DNA of 60,820 bases, the filler included, from Hausera hauseri (taxonomy: Eukaryota), in assembly GCA_046269625.1 (NCBI GenBank). It is 11 parts of 11 records of this genome, joined end to end, with 100 filler letters (N's around TTAATTAATTAA, not from the genome) between each part and the next. Parts side by side here need not be neighbours in the genome. Positions count along the whole stretch, not along the records: positions 50,299 to 54,788 come from JBJURY010556674.1; positions 54,889 to 60,820 come from JBJURY010166198.1; 9 more parts are not named here. One strand, 5' to 3'. Position numbers and translations under genes: made by a program. This document shows positions 50,401 to 60,820 of this stretch, piece after piece. Below the pieces are notes generated by a model. That model saw only the letters and a program-made list of their open reading frames with translations. It was not told the DNA's origin and ran no database searches. Each line of letters opens with the position of its first letter. Position 1 is the stretch's first letter.

Positions 50401-50552
50401 GCTGGAAGCGGTAGTGGATATAAGCACCCCCTACTTATAAAATACTTCCAATAGCATGCGTCTCAAATAGCCTCTGACAACCAGTCCAACTCCTGGCCTT
50501 CACGTGCGGTTCAGATACTGAGCCCGGCGGAACTGTTTAACACTAACAGGAG
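50401..50552 (+). ncRNA. Putative HDV-like self-cleaving ribozyme at the RTE 5' end
   Basis: P2 CTCCTG(50490)/CAGGAG(50547); P3 GCC/GGT around L3 TTCACGT; P1 GCTGG(50401)/CCGGC(50524); J1/4 GG; P4 AAC/GTT; J4/2 CTAA. Confidence 0.55.
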
Positions 50553-51167
50553 AAGGGGCAAAGGCGAGTATCTGGCGCCTAAACCAGAAAGCTTCGGGCA
50601 GGCGGGGCTCGTTAACCTTGGAAGGTTGCCCACCTAGGAGAAGGAAAACTCTGACTTCAAACCTCCGCCACCTTGCGGCCATACCCCATCACGGGAAAGG
50701 TCTACTGAGGAGAAAACCTGAAGGAAAAATCAGGAGCTGGTGACCCTTAGGCAGTTTGTAGTTACAAGTATGTACTACGGATGTACTACACTCTGGCAGA
50801 TCCTGTGACGCTGGTGATACCAAACTGTACTGACATCTGTCGTTCCTTTGGACTTATCAGCAGCGTGGAGAGGGAGGAACTGCTGCGTGGGCGACAACGT
50901 TCCTACCATAAACCACAGCCCAGGCTTCTTGTCAAACTTCTCTCAATTCTAAATACCCTAAAAACTGGAGAGGACACTCCAGCTTCGCCGTTCGGTGTTG
51001 AACAAACACGGAAAGTGGCAGTTACCGGTTATAAGCCACACTGCTCGATTGGCGTAGAGCAGGGCGCCAGGGGTCACTTTCGCCGGTGGGAGGGATCCTA
51101 GGATCCCAATGGACAGCTACCGCCCGCCCAAGCTGGGCAGCCCCCAGCCAAAAAGGTGTTGTCCCGC

Positions 51168-54100
51168 CATGCCTGGCTTCTTCGTTGGGTGCACGAGGAT
51201 AGGGCAAAACCCAAAATCCAGGCATAAAACAAATGTACCAGTCAATAAAGAAAAAAGGAGAAGCCCAACTCTTAAACTGGGCACCTGGAATGTACGGACA
51301 CTGCAAACCGGACTCAGTGTGAATCTACTAGACATAAGTGATGTTAGAAAGTCAGCTATAATCAACGACGAGCTTCTCAGATTGAAATTGGATATAGCAG
51401 CTCTGGCACAATCAAAGAGAAAGAAAACACCTTCGTCTGGCAGGGCAAACCTCAAAATGAACCAAGGGAGCATGGTGTTGGTTTTGCAATAAAGAACACA
51501 TTGCTAAATAAAACAGAGGTAAACAGCAATGGCTCAGACAGACTTCTTTCACTCCGTCTTAATACAGCAAACGGGCCTGCGACATTGATCAGCGCATATG
51601 CCCCCACTCTGTGCTCTACACCAGAGGCCAAAGATATGTTCTATGAGAATCTGTCATCCATCATAAACAGTATCCCAGGAAACGAGCTGGTTATAGTCCT
51701 TGGCGACCTTAACGCACGTGTTGGAGCCGACAACACCTCTTGGAGCAACTGCATTGGACATTTCGGTGTTGGAAAAATTAATGAAAATGGTCAAAGGTTA
51801 CTTGAAATCTGCTCCCTACATTCACTATGTGTTACTAACACCTACTTTAAGACCAAACCACAACACAGAGTTTCATGGCAACACCCTCGCTCCAAGCACT
51901 GGCACCAGCTGGATCTTATTATGGTAAGACGCAGTCATCTAAAATGTGTCCTGCATACCCGATCTTACCACAGCGCAGACTGTGATACCGATCACTCCTT
52001 GGTATGCTGCAAGATCCGCCTTCAGCCAAAAACATTTCACCAAACCAAGCAGCGTGGAGCCTCTCGCATTGATGTAAGCAAGATGAGCAACCTAGACCTC
52101 CAGATGCAGTTTGCCAGGTCCTTTGAACGTGACTTCAATTACTCAGCTGAGGGGTCCATTACAGAAAACTGGGAACATCTTAAGTCCGCCATACAGCAAG
52201 CCTCAACGGCTACCTTTGGAAAAAAGCCACAAAGCGCAATGATTGGTATGACTCAAAGTCAAATGATATTGCACCTGCCATCCAAGCAAAGAGGGCTGCA
52301 CTAACTGCCTACAAAGCACAACCAAACCAACGCAATTTACATACATTGAGGGAGGCCAGGGCCATGGTGCAGAAGACAGTAAGACGCTGCGCCAACGAAT
52401 ACTGGAATGAACTCAGCGAGAGCATCCAACACGCAGCCCAAACTGGCAACATCAAAGGTATGTACGATGGTATAAAAAAGGCACTGGGCCCTATCCAAAG
52501 CAAGACTGCGCCTCTCAAATCTGCAGAAGGTGAAGTCATCACAGACAAGAGTAGACAGATGGAGAGATGGGTTGAACACTACTCCGAGCTCTATGCTACA
52601 ACAAACTTTGTCTCTGCTTCAGCCTTGGAAATTGTGGATCTACCCGCCATGCAGGAACTGGACGAAGAACCTGTCCTGGAAGAGCTCAGCAAAGCCATTG
52701 ACGGTATGGCTGCAGGCAAGGCTCCTGGAAATGACGGCATACCACCGGACCTTCTCAAACAGTGCAAGAGTTCATTACTAACACCTCTTCATGAACTGCT
52801 CTGCAAATGCTGGCAAGAAGGTTTTGTACCACAAGACCTAAGAGACGCTAAGATCGTCACACTGTACAAAAATAAAGGTGACAGAAGTGATTGCAACAAC
52901 TACAGAGGCATCTCACTACTCAGCATTGTAGGCAAAGCCTTCGCCAGAGTTGTGTTATCCCGACTACAAAGGCTTGCAGATCGAGTCTACCCAGAATCCC
53001 AATGTGGGTTCCGCTCTCAGAGGTCAACCATAGACATGATTTTCTCCCTCCGACAACTACAGGAGAAGAGCAGGGAGCAGAGAATGCCTTTGTATGTAGC
53101 ATTCATTGACCTCACAAAAGCCTTCGACCTGGTCAGTAGGGATGGCCTTTTCCAGATCCTACATAAAATAGGCTGCCCACCCAAGCTACAGAAAATGGTA
53201 GAGTCCTTTCATGAGAACATGATGGGTACTGTACAGTTCAATGGAGACTGCTCAGAGAGCTTTAGTATACGCAGTGGAGTGAAACAAGGGTGCGTACTCG
53301 CTCCAACACTCTTTGGCATTTTCTTTTCCATGCTCATCCACCATGCTTTCGATGACTGTACCGAAGGAATTTATCTCCACACTAGGGCTGATGGCGGACT
53401 TTTCAATCTCTCAAGGCTAAAGGCAAAAACTAAAGTCAGAAAAATCCTTATCAGAGAGTTGCTTTTTGCCGATGACGCTGCAGTGGTGACCCACACGGAG
53501 GAGCAGCTTCAGTCACTAATGTCCATGTTCTCCCAGGCCTGCAAAGACTTTGGCCTTACCATTAGCCTGAAGAAGACAAATATCATGGGCACCAATATCC
53601 CAACACCACCGTCCATTCTTATCGATGACCACCCACTAGAGGTCGTTCACGAATTCTGCTACCTGGGCTCCACGATACAGGACGACCTCTCTCTGGAAGT
53701 GGAGATTAAAAGGCGCATTGGAAAAGCAGCCTCAACCTTTGGCAGTCTAAGTCAGCGCGTGTGGGAAAACCAGAAACTCACTATAAAGACCAAAATAGAA
53801 GTGTATAAAGCTTGTATCCTGAGCACGCTTCTATACGGCAGCGAGTCCTGGACCACATACACTAAGCAGGAACAGAAGCTGAACTCCTTCCACCTACGCT
53901 GCCTGCGCCGTATCCTGCAAATCAGGTGGCAAGACAAAATCACCAACAATGTGGTCCTGGCACGTGCAGGCCTACCCAGCATGTACACCTTCCTCAGGCA
54001 GCGTCGCCTACGCTGGCTTGGCCATGTAAGGCGTATGGAGGATGAACGCATACCGAAAACCATCCTCTACAGCGAACTGGCGACAGGTACAAGGAAAACG

Positions 54101-54412
54101 GGTCGTCCCCACCTCCGCTATACGGATGTCTGCAAGCGTGACCTGAGGGCGCTGGAAATAAATGCTGACAGCTGGGAAGATCTAGCCCAGAACCGTGCAT
54201 TGTGGAGAGGACTGGTCACCCAACAGGCTGCGATTGGTGAGGCCAGGATGGCTGCAGAAAACGAAGAAAAAAGGGACAGGCGAAAAAAGAGCACCACAGG
54301 AAGCCAGACGGAAGCGACATCCCACATATGCACCACATGCGGACGTGCCTGTCTCTCACAGATAGGGCTATATAGCCATAAGAGAAAATGTTTCACAGGG
54401 AAAAAACCATAG
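51168..54412 (+). pseudogene. APE endonuclease - reverse transcriptase - C2H2 polyprotein, frameshifts near 51410 and 52225
   Basis: LGTWNVRTL, SAYAPT, LGDLNARVG, TDHSLV; YRGISLL, QCGFR, FIDLTKAFD, GVKQGCVLAP, LLFADD, YLGS; CTTCGRACLSQIGLYSHKRKC. Confidence 0.92.
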
Positions 54413-54499
54413 TCGTTTCACGACTGAAGGCGGCCAACACATGCACAAATACTTTACAGACAGTAACAGTAAGGTATAACATAATGTTATGCTTTAATT

Positions 54500-54624
54500 T
54501 CATCGAATTCTCGTTCTTATTCAAAATCGCGGAATTTCGTGAAAAAATCGCGGGCAAATCGCGGAAAAGTCCAAACTGGATCGCGGAATTCACGATTTTT
54601 TTTCGCGGAAAAGTCAGGTCTCTA
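54500..54624. mobile_element. Possible MITE end with repeated TCGCGG(A) subterminal motifs, ending GGTCTCTA
   Basis: Five TCGCGG motifs; only one end is visible. Confidence 0.3.
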
Positions 54625-54888
54625 GTCATCGTATATTATTGGGGGAATCCCCGGTGAACAACAAGAAATCAACCTCCATTTAAAACTGGCACATAAAATT
54701 GTCATCATATATAGAACTGATTTATAATTATTATAAGTTACATGTTGTTGGTCTGATGAAACTCGAGTTGATCTATGATTCTGAGATGNNNNNNNNNNNN
54801 NNNNNNNNNNNNNNNNNNNNNNNNNNNNNNNNTTAATTAATTAANNNNNNNNNNNNNNNNNNNNNNNNNNNNNNNNNNNNNNNNNNNN

Positions 54889-55341
54889 GTTTCGTCGTCG
54901 TCCGACCAAGGGAACATGGGGAAAACAGGTTGGGAAAATTTCCGTCGGGTAAAATTTCCCCATGTACAAGTCTGCCGGTGATGGAAATGGGTCTCGTACA
55001 TTGCCCATAAGTTTGGGAAAATTTCATATTATAACCGCCTCGCGATCAGACCAACGGATCCGGGTGAAAAATGAAATCGAAAAACGCATTGTTAAAATGT
55101 CATCGTTGTAAATGCGTTCGTTTTTTGTAGAAAAATCGTGAATTTTATTTTGTACAACGACGACGACGACGACGACATTTAAAACCGATCGCACAAATTA
55201 CCACGAGAATATTCAGACTCACCGCAACGAGTTGAGTTGGAAAAATTTTGGACTGATCCAGTTTCGGACACCTGCATATTCGTACTCACGACGAATGCAC
55301 AAATTACCACAAGCACATAATTGAGTACTACTACTACTACT
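54889..55341. repeat. Putative Polinton terminal inverted repeat ending in (ACT)5, i.e. 5'-AGTAGT terminus on the minus strand
   Basis: ACTACTACTACTACT at 55327-55341 matches the typical Polinton end; the region to its left is non-coding. Confidence 0.5.
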
Positions 55342-55508
55342 CACAAGGTGGTGACAGTCTGTCTACAAACTAATGAGTACTAACACCACCACCAAATGTG
55401 TAACAGAGATATTGAAATGATATAACAATAGCAACAGCTATATGACAAATTGTATATTTCAAAATCACAAAAACAGTTTGTCTGTCCATTAGAAAAAGCG
55501 GAGCACGT

Positions 55509-55909
55509 TCACAATAATGTCTGTAATGTAAGCCATAATAGGCAGTAATGTCCACACAATATGGTAAGTGGATGTTGATAACGAAGTCGATTATATTCAA
55601 CACGATGATTGCCTTTCAAATTGAGAAACAAACGATGACGGGTAATAAAACCCGAGCGGATCGAATACCTAGACGACGGTCGAATGTACGTACACGGCAA
55701 TCGAATGTTCGCCCGGTAAGGATGAACAGTATGTATTGACGATGAAACCTCCGCCAACATTTTGTCTTAAGTCACGCGGCATACGGTCCAGTAGAAACAC
55801 CGCGGAATTTCACACCCAAGAGCAGTTTTCCATAGTGACTGGGTTCAGTTGAGCTAAACGTAAAACGTGATTTAATCATAGTAGTAATAATGGTAATAAA
55901 TTACTTCAT
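55509..55909 (-). pseudogene. Adenain protease with 51-nt intron (55854-55904)
   Basis: MNSTE.., GGFIVNT, PGEH, VFDPLG, YQHP..CGHYCL; contains stops and frameshifts. Confidence 0.8.
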
Positions 55910-55937
55910 GGTACAAAGAGGAAGAAGAAGGTTTTAT

Positions 55938-57150
55938 TTATACAATGACGGTTTCGTTTTTTATTATTTCAACCTCAGCATCAAATACACCATAAATGTA
56001 CATCACGGTAGATTGCTCCAACGCTTTAGCAAAGTGAACCTCCAGTCGCAAGTTTCACTACTGAGGTAGTTGAGTCTGTTCAACGTCATAATCTGGAGCC
56101 AGGACAAAGGTAAAGAATGGATAGGTAGACTTGAACAAATCCATCGATATGCCATTGTTGACATTTTTGTTCAGCAAACCCGTGTTGCGCACGATAGATT
56201 GCATATATATGCAAACATAATCGCCGGTCTCAAAATCGTGCTTGTGTGTCTCAACGAAATCCGCATTCTTACCAAAACTTATGTAATTCACACTGCTATG
56301 TGGAAACGTTTCCGAATCGGTGGTATAACTGCCCGTTTGTTGTTTGAAATGTAACGAGCACAAATTTTGGCAATCGCATGTCGCCAAACAGTGCATCTTT
56401 TTAAAGCGTAGTTGAACCTTTCGGTATGGTGTAAATCACGAGTTCTGTGCGTTGTAATGGGTAACAGGCATTTTGTGTTTCCAAGCCCAATCCATTTCCC
56501 ATGAGCACAGATGGTTCTACCTTTACACGAAGTACGTATAATCGTGCCTCGGTAAGTTTCAGTATGGGTTTAAGATTTGCAACTGCAGTTTTCAAAAAAA
56601 AGACATTGTCGCTACATTTGAGCCAAATCATGGCTTTAGCACTGAGCAGTAAGTATTTCGGCTAATCGAAAACATAAAAGTACAGCGGTCCACAGATTGT
56701 AAGCACTTTTGATTCTGCCACCCATGCCTGACGGTTGCTGCAGTGGCATCATATCCGATGGTTTTCGTCAAATAAGTCGTTTTCGTGTCTGTGCTGTAAT
56801 TCAGAGTCGTTTAGATTAGTGCTTTGATACTGTATAGACTGGTGTTGCTTTCAATTTTGACGCTGTTTAGAGTCAGTGAAGCTTCCTGGAACAGTGTGAG
56901 AAAAGGTAATTGGCCGGTGTGACAGTGTCGGTTGCAGCGAGAACCGTTGATGCATGCTTTTTAACAATGACTTTTACATACAGTAGCGTATCGTTTAAAT
57001 CGAGACTTTCATTGTCCGATGCCATAATGTTGAAATGAATGTCAATGCTATTGTCCGTTAAAACAGAATCAACGGGATAGATTTCTTCAAATGCCACAAT
57101 TGTGGTGCAGCTTTGTCAAATATACACAATTCAGATGTTGCAGATGTCAT
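55938..57150 (-). pseudogene. Polinton major capsid protein
   Basis: Homologous to 1-1111 and 36074-37285; many frameshifts. Confidence 0.85.
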
Positions 57151-57171
57151 TTGTCTACTAATAAATCAATT

Positions 57172-57328
57172 AATCAATCGAAAATCGTATAAAACAACGA
57201 CGTTTGTTTACAGTTTAAACTTAGCTGATCTACCACGTTTTCTGAAGCCACTGCCAGCGTATTGTTTTTTGACCGATTCAAAGACTCCCGGTGCAGCGCT
57301 TTTTATTTCTGTCAAGGCGTGTTCCTTC
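57172..57328 (-). pseudogene. pVII-like core protein, C-terminal remnant
   Basis: Matches 37301-37460; truncated at 57328. Confidence 0.6.
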
Positions 57329-57519
57329 TGTTACAAGGCGTGTGCGTGTGCGAGTTTTATTCAAAACGCCAATGTTCTTTCTCCCAACTCTTATTCCGCC
57401 CCACCCACTTACGCTTATAATCATTGAATGATAAAGCTTCTTTTGTATTAGTCACCGTATACAACTGGTGCTCAATCGATCGGATGATTGTTTGTGGTAC
57501 TACAGCCTTTGTTTGTCCT

Positions 57520-60500
57520 TCTTCTTCATAGGTACGGCGATAATCACGTGGTTTGTTTCCGTCTGGGCCAACTGAACTCCTTTTGCTCGCATTTTCGGCC
57601 CACCGTCAGTTAAAAAACTATAACATTTTGGACGTAGAAATATTCACTGCCAATACTGAAGCAAACATTCACTATTATCTTTAAAGCAGCCGATTTTGTT
57701 TGTTATGGCGTTGCTGTAAACGGATGATTCTGTGGGTAATTGGACGTATCCAGTTATCCGTCTGCCATCATTTGCTGCAGTAGTTGTCCGCGATTGATGT
57801 TTTCCAGTTCAAAGAAAAAAATATCTGTGTCGCCGACAATTATATTGATCCTGCATCCGACGCCGCCATACATTTGCCGGCATCGTGCCAAATCGCGATC
57901 TGGCAGCACATGCATCCGCAACTTGCTCAGATCCAACACCACTTGTCCAATATAACTTGGCCGGTTTAGTACGACTTCTTCCCTGTTTAAAAGCATGGCT
58001 ACCAATCCATCGGCAATGTGCATTGATCACCTGAACCGTTTTTTGCCATTGCACAGGCGTACATTGAGCCGCTTGTTCAGATTCTCTACTGTTTTTCCGT
58101 ATAGTGAATTGTTTTTCACTTTGCAGTAGTCCTTTTCAAACTTCGTACAAGCTGCATCTCCTTTTTCCGAATTTCGACTGATGTACGGCTTGAATATCGG
58201 AGCCCGTGCGAATATCATTGCACGATGTAGCTGTGTGACGAGCAAACCCTACTGCATTTAAAATTGCAACATTTGCCAACGAACTATGTAATTTTGCTTA
58301 GGTTAATGCGTCATAAGCAGCTTCTTCACTTTCGAGCCCGGTGGACATTGGCTAATTGGTGCGACCGGTAGTTCATTCAGAAAATCATGCAGTTCATCTG
58401 CTACCATAAGATCGACTTCCATCAGATATCCTATTAAACTGTTTTCTGTTGTGTCTGCTCTTGGCAGATTTTCCAGTACTGTGTTCAGGTCCTGTTTGTC
58501 CACTATCCATTCGAATGAACCGTACAGCAAGGTTTGCGAAATCGTCCAGCCGTACAGGTTATTAATGTCGATATACAACAGTGATGTGATATCATCACTG
58601 GTTACGTGGTTCTTGTTGACAAATGTCATGTCGCCACGAATACCAACATCAAACATTTGGTACATTTCCGTGTCTTGCAACAGCTCAATATTCCAATCTA
58701 TTGACATCAGAGCTGATCCCAACTTATTTTCGGTATTGAGTAAAAGTTGAGTGGCTCCAGTCTATTTTCTGCCAACGCTTTAGCTCGAAATGTCTGAAAC
58801 ACATAGGCTAGCAGGTACACATCCAATTTCAGACAGTGAAGCATGTACTCCAACAGGTTTCAGCAGCTGAGCTCTGCCCAAAATGACTGTGCTTTGTGCT
58901 ATTCTTTTTCTGTGATACCGAGCCATTGCGGTGATAATTTGTCTGTCATCTGGAGCCGCTTGTACGATATCGCAAAGTCATACGGGAATATAGCTTTGCT
59001 ACGCGCAATATGTACAGGGAAATGAGTCAATGTTAGCGGCACATCTAGCAATGCATTCACCAGCTTTGCCAATGATTCATTTAGAAATTGCAATGAATCA
59101 AGGAATTGTACATGAAACCGGTTTATACAATCAGACAGTGAGATATTTCTCCATCGTAGTCGGAATTACGGATAGCTCCCAGTGCGGAAATCCGCTTATT
59201 GCCCATTTCAAAATATGATGACAATCATAATCCCTGAAGTTATGAAATGCCACCGGTAGGAATGGCCGCACACGCCTTGACAAATTGTATGAATTGCATG
59301 CTACTCTCAAGTATCGACCGGTAAAATGATCGTGATTCGTTACAAGCCGTTCCTCTCCATGGAATGGTAATATTTTTGGCACAAGTAACATTCATCGGTG
59401 GCAGCAAACATCAACGGTTCATATTCGTCTGTCCACATCAAGGGTTTATTGATATTATTTCTGCAGTAGGGTGCGATTTCCGTTTCGATTACTGTTTCCA
59501 ACTGATGCAGGAAATCACGGATACAGTCGCAGCCGTGGAAAACGTAATACTGCGGTTGACCAGTGGTTTTTATTGGGACTACCAACATACAGACAGCACC
59601 TGGAACGTGCTTTTGATTGTATACATTGTGCCGTGGTAGAACGGCTTCAATATTGACATATATCACGTATGCCGGACTGTCGGATTTTGACCAGTCACTG
59701 AATCTCAGCTCCTTTTTGACTGGCATGACGTACATTTTTGTGCCCGAGGAATTTTGTATCTATAGTATCACATGTTTCTCCCATGTTGTTTCTGACTTGA
59801 ATCCATGTAGACATACAGGACACCATTTACACCGTATGCGCTTTTTGATGAGCTGGTCATGTAGCATGTTCAGCAGTCTGTTCAAATTTGTCACGGCTAC
59901 GTAATGGAATTTTTCCTCCTATTTTTGTTCTAGCGGCAACAAATTTATTGCGCGGCCATTCGGGTTCCGAGGTCCATAGATTATGTCCACATGGGGTTCT
60001 TGAAAATCTCTTCGTCTACCGGTATTTCTACGATTGTGTTGTACCGGAACACGTTAGTTGATAGTGTTCGGTTACGTCGTTAAAACGTCGGAGATTTTTA
60101 GTTTCTTCGGCATCCACCTTTCATCGAAGTCAATTCGGAAAAATACTGTCGATGCTGATTTGGATGTTATGCGCTATGTCTATCCACTTGGTCATATTTT
60201 AATACGGCCAAATAATGTAAATAAAACAATATTCGTCGTCGGTATTTTTTACGTTCAATACCGCATAAGAGTGTTTCAGAGCTGCAGGTGTGGGTATGAA
60301 TGATTGTCCAGACAAGTAAATTATATCACTCGACTGTGTTATGATAAAGCCGAGAATGACAATTTTTATAATTCGCCAGCCACTGCCCTTTTCGGTATAG
60401 TTGGCGATTTTTTCGTCAAGCTTTTCGCCTTCATCGGCAATAAAATCGTCGGAATACGGTTCGGATCGATGTGACAGGTACCATTGTTTCGTGTCACCTT

Positions 60501-60798
60501 TCAAATTTTCAAATTCTGTCAGTGCATAATACTGCACTTTGCAGTGGTTGTGATGCCTGTGCTAAAATTACTTCACTTCTTATTCCAACCGGTTGTGTAC
60601 ACCGGACGGTACATGCTTTAATTGTACTCATAATTGTGGTGTCATTTCAACTTTTATGTCCACGTACGATCTGTTTAGATCGTACTTGACAGTAATGGGA
60701 AGGCCAGGTTCCTGTTGTTGTTCGTCAAGACTCGTAGATGCTTGACGTTTCCTGCTTGTTGCGGGAATGCTGCTGCTACTGCTGTTTGTTGCGTCCAT
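57520..60798 (-). pseudogene. Polinton pPolB, near full length but heavily frameshifted
   Basis: KGSGW, VLNVKNTD, NHDHFTG, FHNFRDYD, KLDVYLLA, YIDINNLYG (motif A), KVKNNSLYGKT (motif B), GDTD (motif C). Confidence 0.9.
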
Positions 60799-60820
60799 TA
60801 CTATTTGCTTTCTGGACTGC

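Larger units (their letters stand above)
50401..54440 (+). mobile_element. RTE-clade (BovB-like) non-LTR retrotransposon, near full length
   Basis: Long 5' UTR, single EN-RT ORF, short 3' UTR (CCATAGTCG..GAAGGCGGCC). Confidence 0.88.

Noticed and set aside
50485-50570. Twister ribozyme (AGCCCGG motif)
   Set aside because: Lacks the UAA/GAGGG L1 and UCCC L4 elements; an HDV-like fold explains the pairing better.
50340-54460. Target-site duplication around the RTE element
   Set aside because: No matching direct repeat could be seen at the two ends.

Overview
This window is not one contiguous locus. It contains 11 contigs joined by an artificial 100-bp spacer (N44-TTAATTAATTAA-N44), so adjacency is only meaningful within a contig. 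The content is eukaryotic, probably metazoan, and dominated by mobile elements. Six contigs carry decayed, frameshifted copies of a Polinton/Maverick (adintovirus-like) element encoding pPolB, A32-like packaging ATPase, a small QxGGFL protein, rve integrase with chromodomain, two tandem penton-like genes, a pVII-like core protein, major capsid protein and adenain protease. The most unusual features are a divergent TATA-binding-protein (TBP)-like gene placed head-to-head with the ATPase in two copies, and short GT-AG introns just after start codons that are conserved between copies. The other contigs hold: a CDK and a histone H4 gene with its 3' stem-loop; a Ty3/gypsy element with a chuvirus/gB-like env upstream of its protease; a CHCC-type gypsy whose Gag has an N-terminal ubiquitin-like domain ending RIRGG; a spliced IS3EU transposon; decayed UGGT and TPP2 fragments; a 9.6-kb (GAAC/GAAA)n satellite; and an RTE-clade LINE with a putative 5' HDV-like ribozyme. 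All family calls come from motif recognition by eye; no searches were run.
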